This document shows positions 11,201 through 22,817 of a stretch of DNA of 64,000 bases, in pieces; positions within the stretch are counted from its first letter, which is position 1; every line of letters starts with the position of its first letter. The DNA is taken from assembly GCA_950097015.1 (NCBI GenBank), contig CATNEN010000007.1, positions 1,116,001 through 1,180,000 on the forward strand, read 5' to 3'. Below the pieces are notes generated by a model, which worked only from the letters and a program-made list of their open reading frames with translations, was not told where the DNA came from and made no database searches. Both the position numbers and the translations under genes were made by a program. Source of the stretch: Macrostomum hystrix. Lineage: Eukaryota > Animalia > Platyhelminthes.

Positions 11201-14200
11201 TGAAGGCCTTCATGGAGGATTTGCGCAGGTCCAGCCGCACTTTCTTGGCTGTGAGCGACGAGCTGGCTGACCGACTGGGCAAGTCCATCGACAAGGTGCT
11301 GGAGAAGATTAGCGTTGCCGGTGAGTTCCACGGCTTTAGTTCAAGTGCAAAACTGAGAGTTCAGGACTTAGTGCATGGGACGGAAATATGGGATGGGATT
11401 GGGACGGAAGGATGGGATCGGATTGGGACTGAAGGATAGGATGGGATTGGGACTGAAGGATGGGATGGGATTGGGACTGAAGGATGGGATGGGATTGGGA
11501 CTGAAGAATGGGATGGGATTGGGACTGAAGGGTGAGATGGGATTGGGACTGAAGAATAGGATGGGATTGGGACTGAAGGATGGGATGGGATTGGGACTGA
11601 AGGATGGGATGGGATTGGGACTGAAGAATGGGATGGGATTGGGACTGAAGGGTGAGATGGGATTGGGACTGAAGAATGGGATGGGATTGGGACTGAAGGA
11701 TGGGATCGGATTGGGACTGAAGGATAGGATGGGATTGGGACTGAAGGATGGGATGGGATTGGGACTGAAGGATGGGATGGGATTGGGACTGAAGAATGGG
11801 ATGGGACTGGGACTGAAGGGTGAGATGGGAATGGGACTGAAGAATGGGATGGGATTGGGACTGAAGGATGGGATCGGATTGGGACTGAAGGATGGGATCG
11901 GATTGGGACTGAAGGATGGGATGGGATTGGGACTGAAGGATGGGATGGGATTGGGACTGAAGGATGGGATGGGATTGGGACTGAAGGATGGGATGGGATT
12001 GGGTCTGAAGGATGGGATGGGATTGGGTCTGAAGGATGGGATCGGATTGGGACTGAAGGATGGGATCGGATTGGGACTGAAGGATGGTATGGGATTGGGA
12101 CTGAAGGATGAGATGGGATTGGGACTGAAGGATGGTATGGGATTGGGACTGAAGAATGGGATCGGATTGGGACTGAAAGGTGAAATGTGATTGGGACTGG
12201 GGATGGGATGGGATTAGGACTGGGGATGAGTTGGGATTGGGAATGGAAGATGGGATGGGATCGGGAATTGAAGATAAGATGGGATCGGGAATGGAACATG
12301 AGATGGGATTGGGACTGTAGGATGGGATGGGATTGGGACTGTAGGATGGGATGGGATTGGGACTGAAGGATGGGATCGGATTGGGACTGAAGGATGGTAT
12401 CGGATTGGGACTGAAGGATGGTATGGGATTGGGACTGAAGGATGGTATGGGATTGGGACTGAAGGATGGGATCGGATTGGGACTGAAGGATGGTATCGGA
12501 TTGGGACTGAAGGATGGTATGGGATTGGGACTGAAGGATGAGATGAGATTGGGACTGAAGGATGGGATCGGATTGGGACTGAAGGATGGTATGGGATTGG
12601 GACTGAAGGATGGTATGGGATTGGGACTGAAGAATGGGATCGGATTGGGACTGGAAGCTGAAATGAGATTGGGACTGGGGATGGGATGGGATTAGGACTG
12701 GGGATGAGTTGGGATTGGGACTGGAAGATGGGATGGGATCGGGAATTGAAGATAAGATGAGATCGGGAATGGAGCATGAGATGGGATTGGGACTGTAGGA
12801 TGGGATGGCATTGGGAATGAAGGATGGTATAAGAATGAGACTGAAGGATGGTATAAGAATGAGACTGAAGGATGGTATAAGAATGAGACTGAAGGATGGT
12901 ATTAGAATGAGACTGAAGGATGGTATAAGAATGAGACTGAAGGATGGTATAAGAATGAGACTGAAGGATGGTATAAGAATGAGACTGAAGGATGGTATAA
13001 GAATGAGACTGAAGGATGGTATAAGAATGAGACTGAAGGATGGTATAAGAATGAGACTGAAGGATGGTATAAGAATGGGACTGAAGGGTGGGATATGAGC
13101 GGTGATTGAAGGATAGGGTATTAACGGGACTGAAGGAGGGAATATGAATGGGATTGGAATGAATTGGATATAATTGGAATTCAAGGATCGGAAAAAATGG
13201 AACTGAAAGAAATGATTGGACTCCCAGATGAGATTAGAGGTGATTGGAGGTTAATCCTAATTGTTTCGCCAAAATATCTGTCTGCTTTGTGATGCTTACA
13301 GAAGGCCCTCTAGGCTCACTGGTCGAGAGCGAGCTGGTCATCCTGAACAGCTGCCTGTCTAAGCTCGAGGAGCAGCTGAGCGAGTGGCAGCTGTGCTCCA
13401 GCGAGGCCGCTGACGCCGAGTCACAGCTGAAAGGTCGTACGGAGCTGTCGAATGAGTCAGCGGAAATGCTGGCACGCATTGAATTGTTGTCGTAAGCCTC
13501 ATTGCAGTGATATTTTGTGTATTGTGTATCATATTGAAGTTGACCAGTTTACTTATTGAAGCGCGATTTTATCGAACTTCAGACAGCTGCAGGAGGAGTC
13601 CATGGACCAGTTCGAGGAGCTGCAACGGAGTATCAAGAACTGGAAGCTGCAGGATGTCAAAGCCAAGTTCGAAGTCAACAGGGTGAGACGCCAAATATAT
13701 TATTGCGACAAATTAAATTAGGAGAGAAGTACAGTATCGGCTAAATAGCTCTAATGTAATAGCAATGTCTCAGCCTTACGTCATATGGAATTTGCAGCAC
13801 TCGCGCCAGTCCATGTTCCACGACCGCTCGTCGCTCACCGTGATGGACAGTGTCACTGGAGTCTCGGTCGTGTCAGCACAGACATATGCAGCTCCAGGCG
13901 TTGTCCAGAAGTCCAGCTTCCAAGTCCTGGAACCGAAGCATCAAACTTCGGTCAGCGAGACCGTCAAGTACAGTGTCACCGGCTCCAGCGAGAGGACCAG
14001 AGAAGAACTGCTGAAAACTTCCACCAAGGTAGCAACGAAGGTGATTTCAAGCGGCTGTAACGCATCAACAAACGAAGCCGACGTCACGATCAAAGAGGTC
14101 CACAAGCCAAAGAAGGAGCAAGTTACTTCAAGCGTCTCCACGCAAGATTTCCATACGCTGGTGCTGACTTACGTGGAAGAGCATCAACCGGACTTCTCCG

Positions 14201-17200
14201 CTGTATTTAACTCATGGACCGAAAAGACATCGGTTCAGAAGAGCGGCTCGCTTGCAAGAATTTCTATGACCTCGTCTGAAGAGACTGCAAAATCGAAAGT
14301 AGAGCGCAGAGAGTCCAGCATCAGCACTGGGGATTTTGGAGCGCAGGTGCGCCGCTATGTAGAAGAGCACAAGGCGGAGTTCTCAGCAATCTTTGCCTCA
14401 TGGAGCGGTTTCGACGCCCAAGTTCGTCGCTATGTTGAAGAGCATAAGTTGGAATTCTTCGCTCTTTTTGTCACGTTGAACGAATTTAAAGCTGAAGTTC
14501 ACCGCTATGTGCAGGAACACAAGGAAGAGTTCACCGCCCTCCTCGGCGTCAAGACAACGAAGGCAGTAGAGCTTCCAAAGCCGGCAGTTCGAGTATCTCA
14601 GACTGAGTGCTGGAAAGAGACCAGCATGAATGAATCTCACGCTCGATTTGAACAAGCTGTAGTGAAAGCAGCTACTACAGTCACAGAGGCGCACAGAGAA
14701 GTGATCGAAAAGAAAGTTGAAGTGATGGCATCCGGTTGTATGAGAGAAATATCCGTTGCGAATGCAAGCGTGCAGCAAACAAATCAGGCTCAAGTAATCT
14801 TCTCTCATGGCTCATACAAAGAGAAAGCTGCAGTTTCAGCATCTGTTGTGGCCCATGAGAGCGCTATTGTAAAAGCGAGTGGCTGCTTTAAAGATATAAT
14901 CATGGTAGAAAGCGAAGCCCAGATCAGGAGAGGAGAAACAACTGGTCGCCTATACGACATGCTACAAAGAAGTTTTCACCAACTCTGGCTCAGCCAGTGT
15001 AAGACCGGAAGTTGTTGTCTCAACTAGTGGGTGCTTCAGTGAGCTACGCTTTTCAGAGGGGTCCATCAAATGTTCTCCGGATTTCAAGTTATCTAATACC
15101 AGTTGCTACAAGGAACTGCATCTTGACACTGCTCAGGTGCACATGAAACAGGAATCTATAGTAACAGCTACTGGATGCTACGCAGAATGGCAGCTATTCG
15201 AAAAAACAGCAGCATTCAAAGAAAAAACTGCATTTTCAACAACGTCATGCTACAAAGAAGCAAGTTATGGTGATGCCGCAATGAGAATTGAGGCCGCACG
15301 TGCTGTTGTCAGTGCAAGCGGTTGCTACTATGAAACATCATACAAAGAAAGCAAAGCGCGGTTTATATTAGCAGAAAAACCAGTAAAATCATCTGGGTGC
15401 TTCAAAGAGACATCGTACAACGAATCAAAAGCTAAATTTATCCTGGTTGAAAAACCTGTAAAGTCATCCGGATGCTACAAGGAGCTCCACTTCGACGTCG
15501 CCTCAGTGTCGCAGACAATAAAGATCGAAGTGAGAGAATCTGGTTGCTTCAAGGAGTCCTTCTACCAGGAAAGTGCAGCCAGATTCGTGCAGAACATTGT
15601 GGTAGCAGCGACGGGCTGCTTCAAGGAGTCGTTCTACCAAGAGAGTGCAGCCAGATTCGTGCAGAACATTGTGGTAGCAGCAACGGGCTGCTTCAAGGAA
15701 TCGTTCTACCAAGAGAGTGCAGCCAGATTCGTGCAGAACATTGTGGTAGCAGCGACGGGCTGCTTCAAGGAGTCGTTCTACCAAGAGAGTGCCGCCAGAT
15801 TCGTGCAGAACATTGTGGTAGCAGCGACGAGCTGCTTCAAGGAGTCGTTCTACCAAGAGAGTGCAGCCAGATTCGTGCAGAAGATCGACGTTGCTGCAAC
15901 GGGCTGCTTCAAGGAATCGTTCTACCAAGAGAGTGCCGCCAGATTCGTGCAGAAGATTGTTGTTGCTGCAACGGGCTGCTTCAAGGAGTCGTTCTACCAA
16001 GAGAGTGCAGCCAGATTCGTTCAGAAGATTGTTGTTGCTGCAACGGGCTGCTTCAAGGAGTCGTTCTACCAAGAGAGTGCAGCCAGATTCGTTCAGAAGA
16101 TTGTTGTTGCTGCAACGGGCTGCTTCAAGGAGTCGTTCTACCAAGAGAGTGCAGCCAGATTCGTTCAGAAGATTGTTGTTGCTGCAACGGGCTGCTTCAA
16201 GGAATCGTTCTACCAAGAGAGTGCAGCCAGATTCGTTCAGAAGATCGACGTTGCTGCTACTGGGTGCTTTAGAGAAATCAAGATTGACGTGGCCGCAACG
16301 GGCTGCTTCAAGGAGTCGTTCTACCAAGAGAGTGCAGCCAAATTCGTTCAGAAGATTGTTGTTGCTGCAACGGGCTGCTTCAAGGAGTCGTTGTACCAAG
16401 AGAGTGCCGCCAGATTCGTGCAGAAGATTGTGGTAGCAGCAACGGGCTGCTTCAAGGAGTCGTTCTACCAGGAGAGTGCAGCCAGATTCGTGCAGAACAT
16501 TGTGGTAGCAGCAACGGGCTGCTTCAAGGAGTCGTTCTACCAAGAGAGTGCAGCCAGATTCGTTCAGAAGATCGACGTTGCTGCTACGGGCTGCTTCAAG
16601 GAGTCGTTCTACCAAGAGAGTGCCGCCAGATTCGTGCAGAACATTGTGGTCGCTGCAACGGGCTGCTTCAAGGAGTCGTTCTACCAAGAGAGTGCAGCCA
16701 GATTCGTTCAGAAGATCGACGTTGCTGCTACGGGCTGCTTCAAGGAGTCGTTCTACCAAGAGAGTGCAGCCAGATTCGTGCAAAACATTGTGGTAGCAGC
16801 AACGGGCTGCTTCAAGGAATCGTTCTACCAAGAGAGTGCCGCCAGATTTGTTCAGAAGATTGTTGTTGCTGCAACGGGCTGCTTCAAGGAGTCGTTCTAC
16901 CAAGTGAGTGCAGCCAGATTCGTGCAGAACATTGTGGTAGCAGCAACGGGCTGCTTCAAGGAATCGTTCTATCAAGAGAGTGCAGCCAGATTCGTTCAGA
17001 AGATCGACGTTGCTGCTACTGGGTGCTTTAGAGAAATCAAGATTGACGTGGCCGCAACGGGCTGCTTCAAGGAATCGTTCTACCAAGAAAGTGCCGCCAG
17101 ATTCGTGCAGAAGATTGTTGTTGCTGCAACGGGCTGCTTTAAGGAGTCGTTCTACCAAGAGAGTGCCGCCAGATTCGTGCAGAACATTGTGGTCGCTGCA

Positions 17201-20200
17201 ACGGGCTGCTTCAAGGAGTCGTTCTACCAAGAGAGTGCAGCCAGATTCGTTCAGAAGATCGACGTTGCTGCTACGGGCTGCTTCAAGGAGTCGTTCTACC
17301 AAGAGAGTGCAGCCAGATTCGTGCAGAAGATCGACGTTGCTGCAACGGGCTGCTTCAAGGAATCGTTCTACCAAGAGAGTGCAGCCAGATTCGTTCAGAA
17401 GATCGACGTTGCTGCTACTGGGTGCTTTAGAGAAATCAAGATTGACGTGGCCGCAACGGGCTGCTTCAAGGAGTCGTTCTACCAAGAGAGTGCAGCCAAA
17501 TTCGTTCAGAAGATCGACGTTGCTGCTACGGGCTGCTTCAAGGAGTCGTTCTACCAAGAGAGTGCAGCCAGATTTGTTCAGAAGATTGTTGTTGCTGCAA
17601 CGGGCTGCTTCAAGGAGTCGTTCTACCAAGAGAGTGCAGCCAGATTCGTTCAGAAGATCGACGTTGCTGCTACGGGCTGCTTCAAGGAGTCGTTCTACCA
17701 AGAGAGTGCAGCCAGATTTGTTCAGAAGATTGTTGTTGCTGCAACGGGCTGCTTCAAGGAGTCGTTCTACCAAGAGAGTGCAGCCAGATTCGTTCAGAAG
17801 ATCGACGTTGCTGCTACGGGCTGCTTCAAGGAGTCGTTCTACCAAGAGAGTGCAGCCAGATTCGTGCAAAACATTGTGGTAGCTGCAACGGGCTGCTTCA
17901 AGGAGTCGTTCTACCAAGAGAGTGCAGCCAGATTCGTTCAGAAGATCGACGTTGCTGCTACTGGGTGCTTTAGAGAAATCAAGATTGACGTGGCCGCAAC
18001 GGGCTGCTTCAAGGAGTCGTTCTACCAAGAGAGTGCAGCCAAATTCGTTCAGAAGATCGACGTTGCTGCTACGGGCTGCTTCAAGGAGTCGTTCTACCAA
18101 GAGAGTGCCGCCAGATTCGTTCAGAAGATCGACGTTGCTGCTACGGGCTGCTTCAAGGAGTCGTTCTACCAAGAGAGTGCAGCCAGATTTGTTCAGAAGA
18201 TTGTTGTTGCTGCAACGGGCTGCTTCAAGGAGTCGTTCTACCAAGAGAGTGCAGCCAGATTCGTTCAGAAGATCGACGTTGCTGCTACGGGCTGCTTCAA
18301 GGAGTCGTTCTACCAAGAGAGTGCAGCCAGATTCGTTCAGAAGATCGACGTTGCTGCTACGGGCTGCTTCAAGGAGTCGTTCTACCAAGAGAGTGCAGCC
18401 AGATTTGTTCAGAAGATTGTTGTTGCTGCAACAGGCTGCTTCAAGGAGTCGTTCTACCAAGAGAGTGCAGCCAGATTCGTTCAGAAGATTGTTGTTGCTG
18501 CAACGGGCTGCTTCAAGGAATCGTTCTACCAAGAGAGTGCAGCCAGATTCGTTCAGAAGATCGATGTTGCTGCTACTGGGTGCTTTAGAGAAATCAAGAT
18601 TGACGAGGCCGCAACGGGCTGCTTCAAGGAGTCGTTCTACCAAGAGAGTGCAGCCAAATTCGTTCATAAGATTGTTGTTGCTACAACGGGCTGCTTCAAG
18701 GAGTCGTTCTACCAAGAGAGTGCAGCCAGATTCGTTCAGAAGATCGACGTTGCTGCTACGGGCTGCTTCAAGGAGTCGTTCTACCAAGAGAGTGCAGCCA
18801 GATTCGTTCAGAAGATCGACGTTGCTGCTACGGGCTGCTTCAAGGAGTCGTTCTACCAAGAGAGTGCAGCCAGATTCGTGCAAAACATTGTGGTAGCTGC
18901 AACGGGCTGCTTCAAGGAGTCGTTCTACCAAGAGAGTGCAGCCAGATTTGTTCAGAAGATTGTTGTTGCTGCAACAGGCTGCTTCAAGGAGTCGTTCTAC
19001 CAAGAGAGTGCAGCCAGATTCGTTCAGAAGATTGTTGTTGCTGCAACGGGCTGCTTCAAGGAATCGTTCTACCAAGAGAGTGCAGCCAGATTCGTTCAGA
19101 AGATCGATGTTGCTGCTACTGGGTGCTTTAGAGAAATCAAGATTGACGTGGCCGCAACGGGCTGCTTCAAGGAGTCGTTCTACCAAGAGAGTGCAGCCAG
19201 ATTCGTTCAGAAGATCGACGTTGCTGCTACGGGCTGCTTCAAGGAGTCGTTCTACCAAGAGAGTGCCGCCAGATTCGTTCAGAAGATTGTTGTTGATGCT
19301 ACGGGCTGCTTCAAGGAGTCGTTCTACCAAGAGAGTGCAGCCAGATTCGTGCAAAACATTGTGGTAGCAGCATCGGGCTGCTTCAAGGAGTCGTTCTACC
19401 AAGAGAGTGCAGCCAGATTCGTTCAGAAGATCGACGTTGCTGCTACGGGCTGCTTCAAGGAGTCCTTCTACCAGGAGAGTGCAGCCAGATTCGTGCAGAA
19501 CATTGTGGTAGCAGCAACGGGCTGCTTCAAGGAATCGTTCTACCAAGAGAGTGCAGCCAGATTCGTTCAGAAGATTGTGGTAGCTTCAACTGGTGTCTTT
19601 AAAGAGTTGTCTGTCGATGTTGCTTTTGTCACCAATAAGTCTATTGTTGTAGTTGCTGCAACTGGTTGCTTCAAGGAGTCCTTCTACAAAGAAAGTGCTG
19701 CAAAATTTGAACAGAGTATTCAAATTTCGACGACAGGATGCTTTCGAGAAATTTCTTTTGACGTGGCTTTTGTCACGAAAACAACTAGTGTTGGTGTGAG
19801 TGCGACTGGCTGCTTTAAGGAAGCTATCTTTTCCGCTTCATCTGTGAGCATCACTTCGGAAGCAACTGTATTTAGTGCCACTAGCTGCTTCCGTGAGAAC
19901 TCACCAATTACTGCGTTCGCGGCTACTGGATGCTTTAAAGAGATTCACTTGAACCCATCCTCTGTTAATTTCGAGCTCAAGCTTCCACTGACTGCATCCG
20001 GGTGCTACAATGAGAGCACCGTTGTTGAAGAAGTAAAGATCAATCTTCCACCACCAGCACCTGTCGTTGTTAGCAAACCGGTAGTTAACTCCGGATGTGA
20101 ATTTGTTGGCACAACGACTAATGTGTCGGGTCGCTCGGATGAAAGAAGAATCGAAGAGGAGCATAACAGCCGGGTGTAAGTTTTATCTGCTTTACACTAT

Positions 20201-21433
20201 TACTTTATTCTTCACGCTATTTTTCATGTGTATTTTACTTTTGATTTTACTAATTTTTTTAGATTTGCAGTTGGCGTAGGTCGATCAGTAATTAAGGCAA
20301 CAAAGACTTCCGAGACACAAACGGATCTGAACTACAAGTCGGCGCTCTGGAACATGTTTGTACTATTGAACGGTCGTGTTGACATCAACCTCTCCTTTAT
20401 AGTTTCGTATTTCGGTGTTGAAGCTTTCGCTCGCGAGTACATGCTACTTCGCGAATTTCGAAGCGTTGCCACGCAAGCTGGTGAAGGAGGGGAAGTTGAA
20501 TTCGCGACAGTGTCCAGGAGGACAGACAACTTTCAGATCCGTTCATTTGATTCCAAATCAAGCGGAAACGTGACCTCGGCTAATATACACGGCCTGGTTT
20601 CTCGAGTCTCTGGATCTGAAGTGATTAACATCGGTGGATCTGACGGTGAGATGATTGATTTGTCTGACTCTGCCGCCAGAGTAACATCTGTCCAGAGACA
20701 GTCATCTGGATCGTATGGTGTCATTAAAGTGGCTGGCAGTAGTGAATACTCGTCTATGAGCTCGCGAACGGAGTCGATTCCGGTTAGCGTTCATGGTTTG
20801 GTGTCTCGCGTCACCGGATCAAGCGGTGGAGTAATCAACATCGGTGGTACTGACGGCAAACTCATCGACCTGTCCGACTCGAACACCGGAGTCTCGTCCG
20901 TTCGCAGACAGATTTCTGGATCCTCAGGAGGTGTGATGAGAGCCGAGAGCGGTGACGTTGCTTCATTTGGTTCACGGGTGGAGTATCTTCCAGCTGGAGT
21001 TGGCGTTCATGGTTTGGTGTCTCGCGTCACCGGACCAAGCGGTGGAGTAATCAACATCGGTGGTACTGACGGCAAACTCATCGACCTGTCCGACTCGAAC
21101 ACCGGAGTCTCGTCCGTTCGCAGACAGATTTCTGGATCCTCAGGAGGTGTGATGAGAGCCGAGAGCGGTGAGGTTGCTTCATTTGGTTCACGGGTGGAGT
21201 ATCTTCCAGCTGGAGTTGGCGCCCATGGTTTGGTGTCTCGCGTCACCGGACCAAGCGGTGGAGTAATCAACATCGGTGGTACAGACGGCGAACTCATCGA
21301 CCTGTCCGACTCGGTGAGCTCCCGCTCAGGAGCACACCTGCTGTCTGGTGATGCTCCGACCACGGTTCACCGCAGTAGCGGCGTGACCCATTTCTCAGCC
21401 ACGGAGGGACGCACGTTCAACCTCTCTGACTAG
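8250..21433 (+). CDS. Giant (~3000 aa) plakin-domain/SH3 protein with a long tandem-repeat tail
   Basis: Exons 8250-8624, 9517-9741, 9820-9966, 10691-10845, 10997-11105, 11173-11320, 13302-13491, 13583-13682, 13798-20175 (frame break near 14905-15136) and 20263-21433. All junctions are GT-AG and phase-compatible. Plakin-like motifs: [28 protein letters not shown] (cf. plectin QTQWSWMLQL...ENAAYFQFF), [10 protein letters not shown], and the SH3 insert [46 protein letters not shown]. Confidence 0.82.
8762..9470. repeat. 24-bp minisatellite (GGGGTGGCTGCAGGTATGGGTAGT)n in plakin intron 1
   Basis: Lies between the donor at 8625 (GTGAGT) and the acceptor at 9516 (CCCAG). Confidence 0.95.
10040..10630. 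repeat. 23/24-bp minisatellite (GCCACCCCATCCTTGAGGCCACA)n in plakin intron 3
   Basis: Lies between the donor at 9967 and the acceptor at 10690. Confidence 0.95.
11385..13095. repeat. 24-bp G-rich minisatellite (GGGATTGGGACTGAAGGATGGGAT)n with a derived sub-array, plakin intron 6
   Basis: Lies between the donor at 11321 and the acceptor at 13301. From ~12820 the unit changes to GACTGAAGGATGGTATAAGAATGA. Confidence 0.95.
15530..19600 (+). repeat. Coding 72-bp/24-aa tandem repeat ([23 protein letters not shown][V/D]), ~53 units plus six 39-bp short units
   Basis: Period of 72 (15601 to 15673). Unit variation is mostly synonymous in the + frame of ORF 15137..20179 (GAG/GAA, GCA/GCC/GCT/GCG, GTG/GTT, TTC/TTT), and all unit lengths are multiples of 3. 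Confidence 0.93.
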
Positions 21434-22817
21434 AGTGTTAAGGAAGTTTCCTAATTGAACTATACGCTTTTGAGAGCGAAAACTAAGTGAAACTCTTTAT
21501 TCTTAACAATATTTATTCTCTGAGTACTACCCTTGGCTCTTAGTTTTTAGCACCCAATTATCGTATGTTGGCGCTACTAACACTACGTATTACTACGTAG
21601 TACTAACACTACTAACACTAACACTACTCTACGTACGTACGTATGTGCTTTTTTTTAATTTTAACATTCCCAAAAATACAGTATTCAAGTTGCTCAAAAG
21701 CTGCACAAAGGTACCGAGGTGCACGTGTTTTAATAAAAAAGTATTTCTAGTTTACATTATGACTGCGGTTTAGGTGTGAAAGAGCAGGAATTTCGTTTAA
21801 CTTTATTCGATAGTGATGAAATTTGGTCACTGCAGTGCAGCTTTAAAGCGCTTTAAATTAAACTTGCCTCTCTTTTACAAAGTAGCGATTTCAATGAACT
21901 ATATAAGCTGTGCTTAGTAAATTTCCACTTCGATCGCTAAATATACTCACCCGTAGTGTACTCACAATTTTTAGAGTAGAATTTAGTCTTGATTTTCCAA
22001 AATAAAATGATTCGCCTAATGCGAATATCAAAACATCTTCGTGTCAAAAAATATAGAAATTATCTAACAACAAAACTACTACATGCTTATGCTACCATTT
22101 TATTTCCATTTTTTCTGATTCAAGTCATAGAGTGATGCTCACTTGAGATCAGGAGGAAAGTGACGCTATGAAAACTCTGAAATGGGCATGAATTATAACA
22201 AAACTAGCAAAAGGCATGACACTTAATTACCTTCAAAATTGTAGCCCAGGATACTGCAATTTAAGCAAATAACTTTAGCTGCTATTTTATGCTTTACGAA
22301 AAAAAATTGTTTGAAATTTTTTGAATATTCATTTAGTTCGTAGTTTTATGGTGAATTTTATAGAATAGCAAATACTGTACGATGAAAGGCTGAAATAACA
22401 GTTTACATAAAAAATGATATCGATCATCCATTCATCCCATCACAAAAGTGAAGCGATTACGTTTGCTTAAAAGTTAAACCTTCATGTGTGTAGTCAGTCG
22501 CACTACAGTACCGCAGTACTCTGAAACATTATCGAGTCAGGCTGCTCTGTTATCTGAGATAATGACGCACTGGCAGTGCTGTAAATGCGAGTGCAGCAAA
22601 CGCACACTGGTCCAGTGTGAGGCGCACAATGTCCATGAACGGGTGCGAAAGTGCCAACCCCAGAGGAAGAGTTAAAACTAAGATATCAACATAAGGGTCG
22701 CAGCGGTCGCACAACTATTAAAATTGGTCACACAGAGTTGCCGCTACAAGCCTCACAGCGCAGGTTGAAAAGCTACAAGCTACGATTTTCAAGCAGGTGT
22801 TGAATAGTTGAAAACAG

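Noticed and set aside
11361-13184. 607-aa minus ORF and GLGLKDGM-type plus ORFs
   Set aside because: They lie inside a GT-AG intron whose flanking exons join in phase; stop-free repeat artefact.
15503-19546. 1347-aa antisense ORF and alternative-frame + ORFs over the coding repeat
   Set aside because: Unit variation is synonymous in the 15137 frame but non-synonymous in these frames; they are shadow ORFs.
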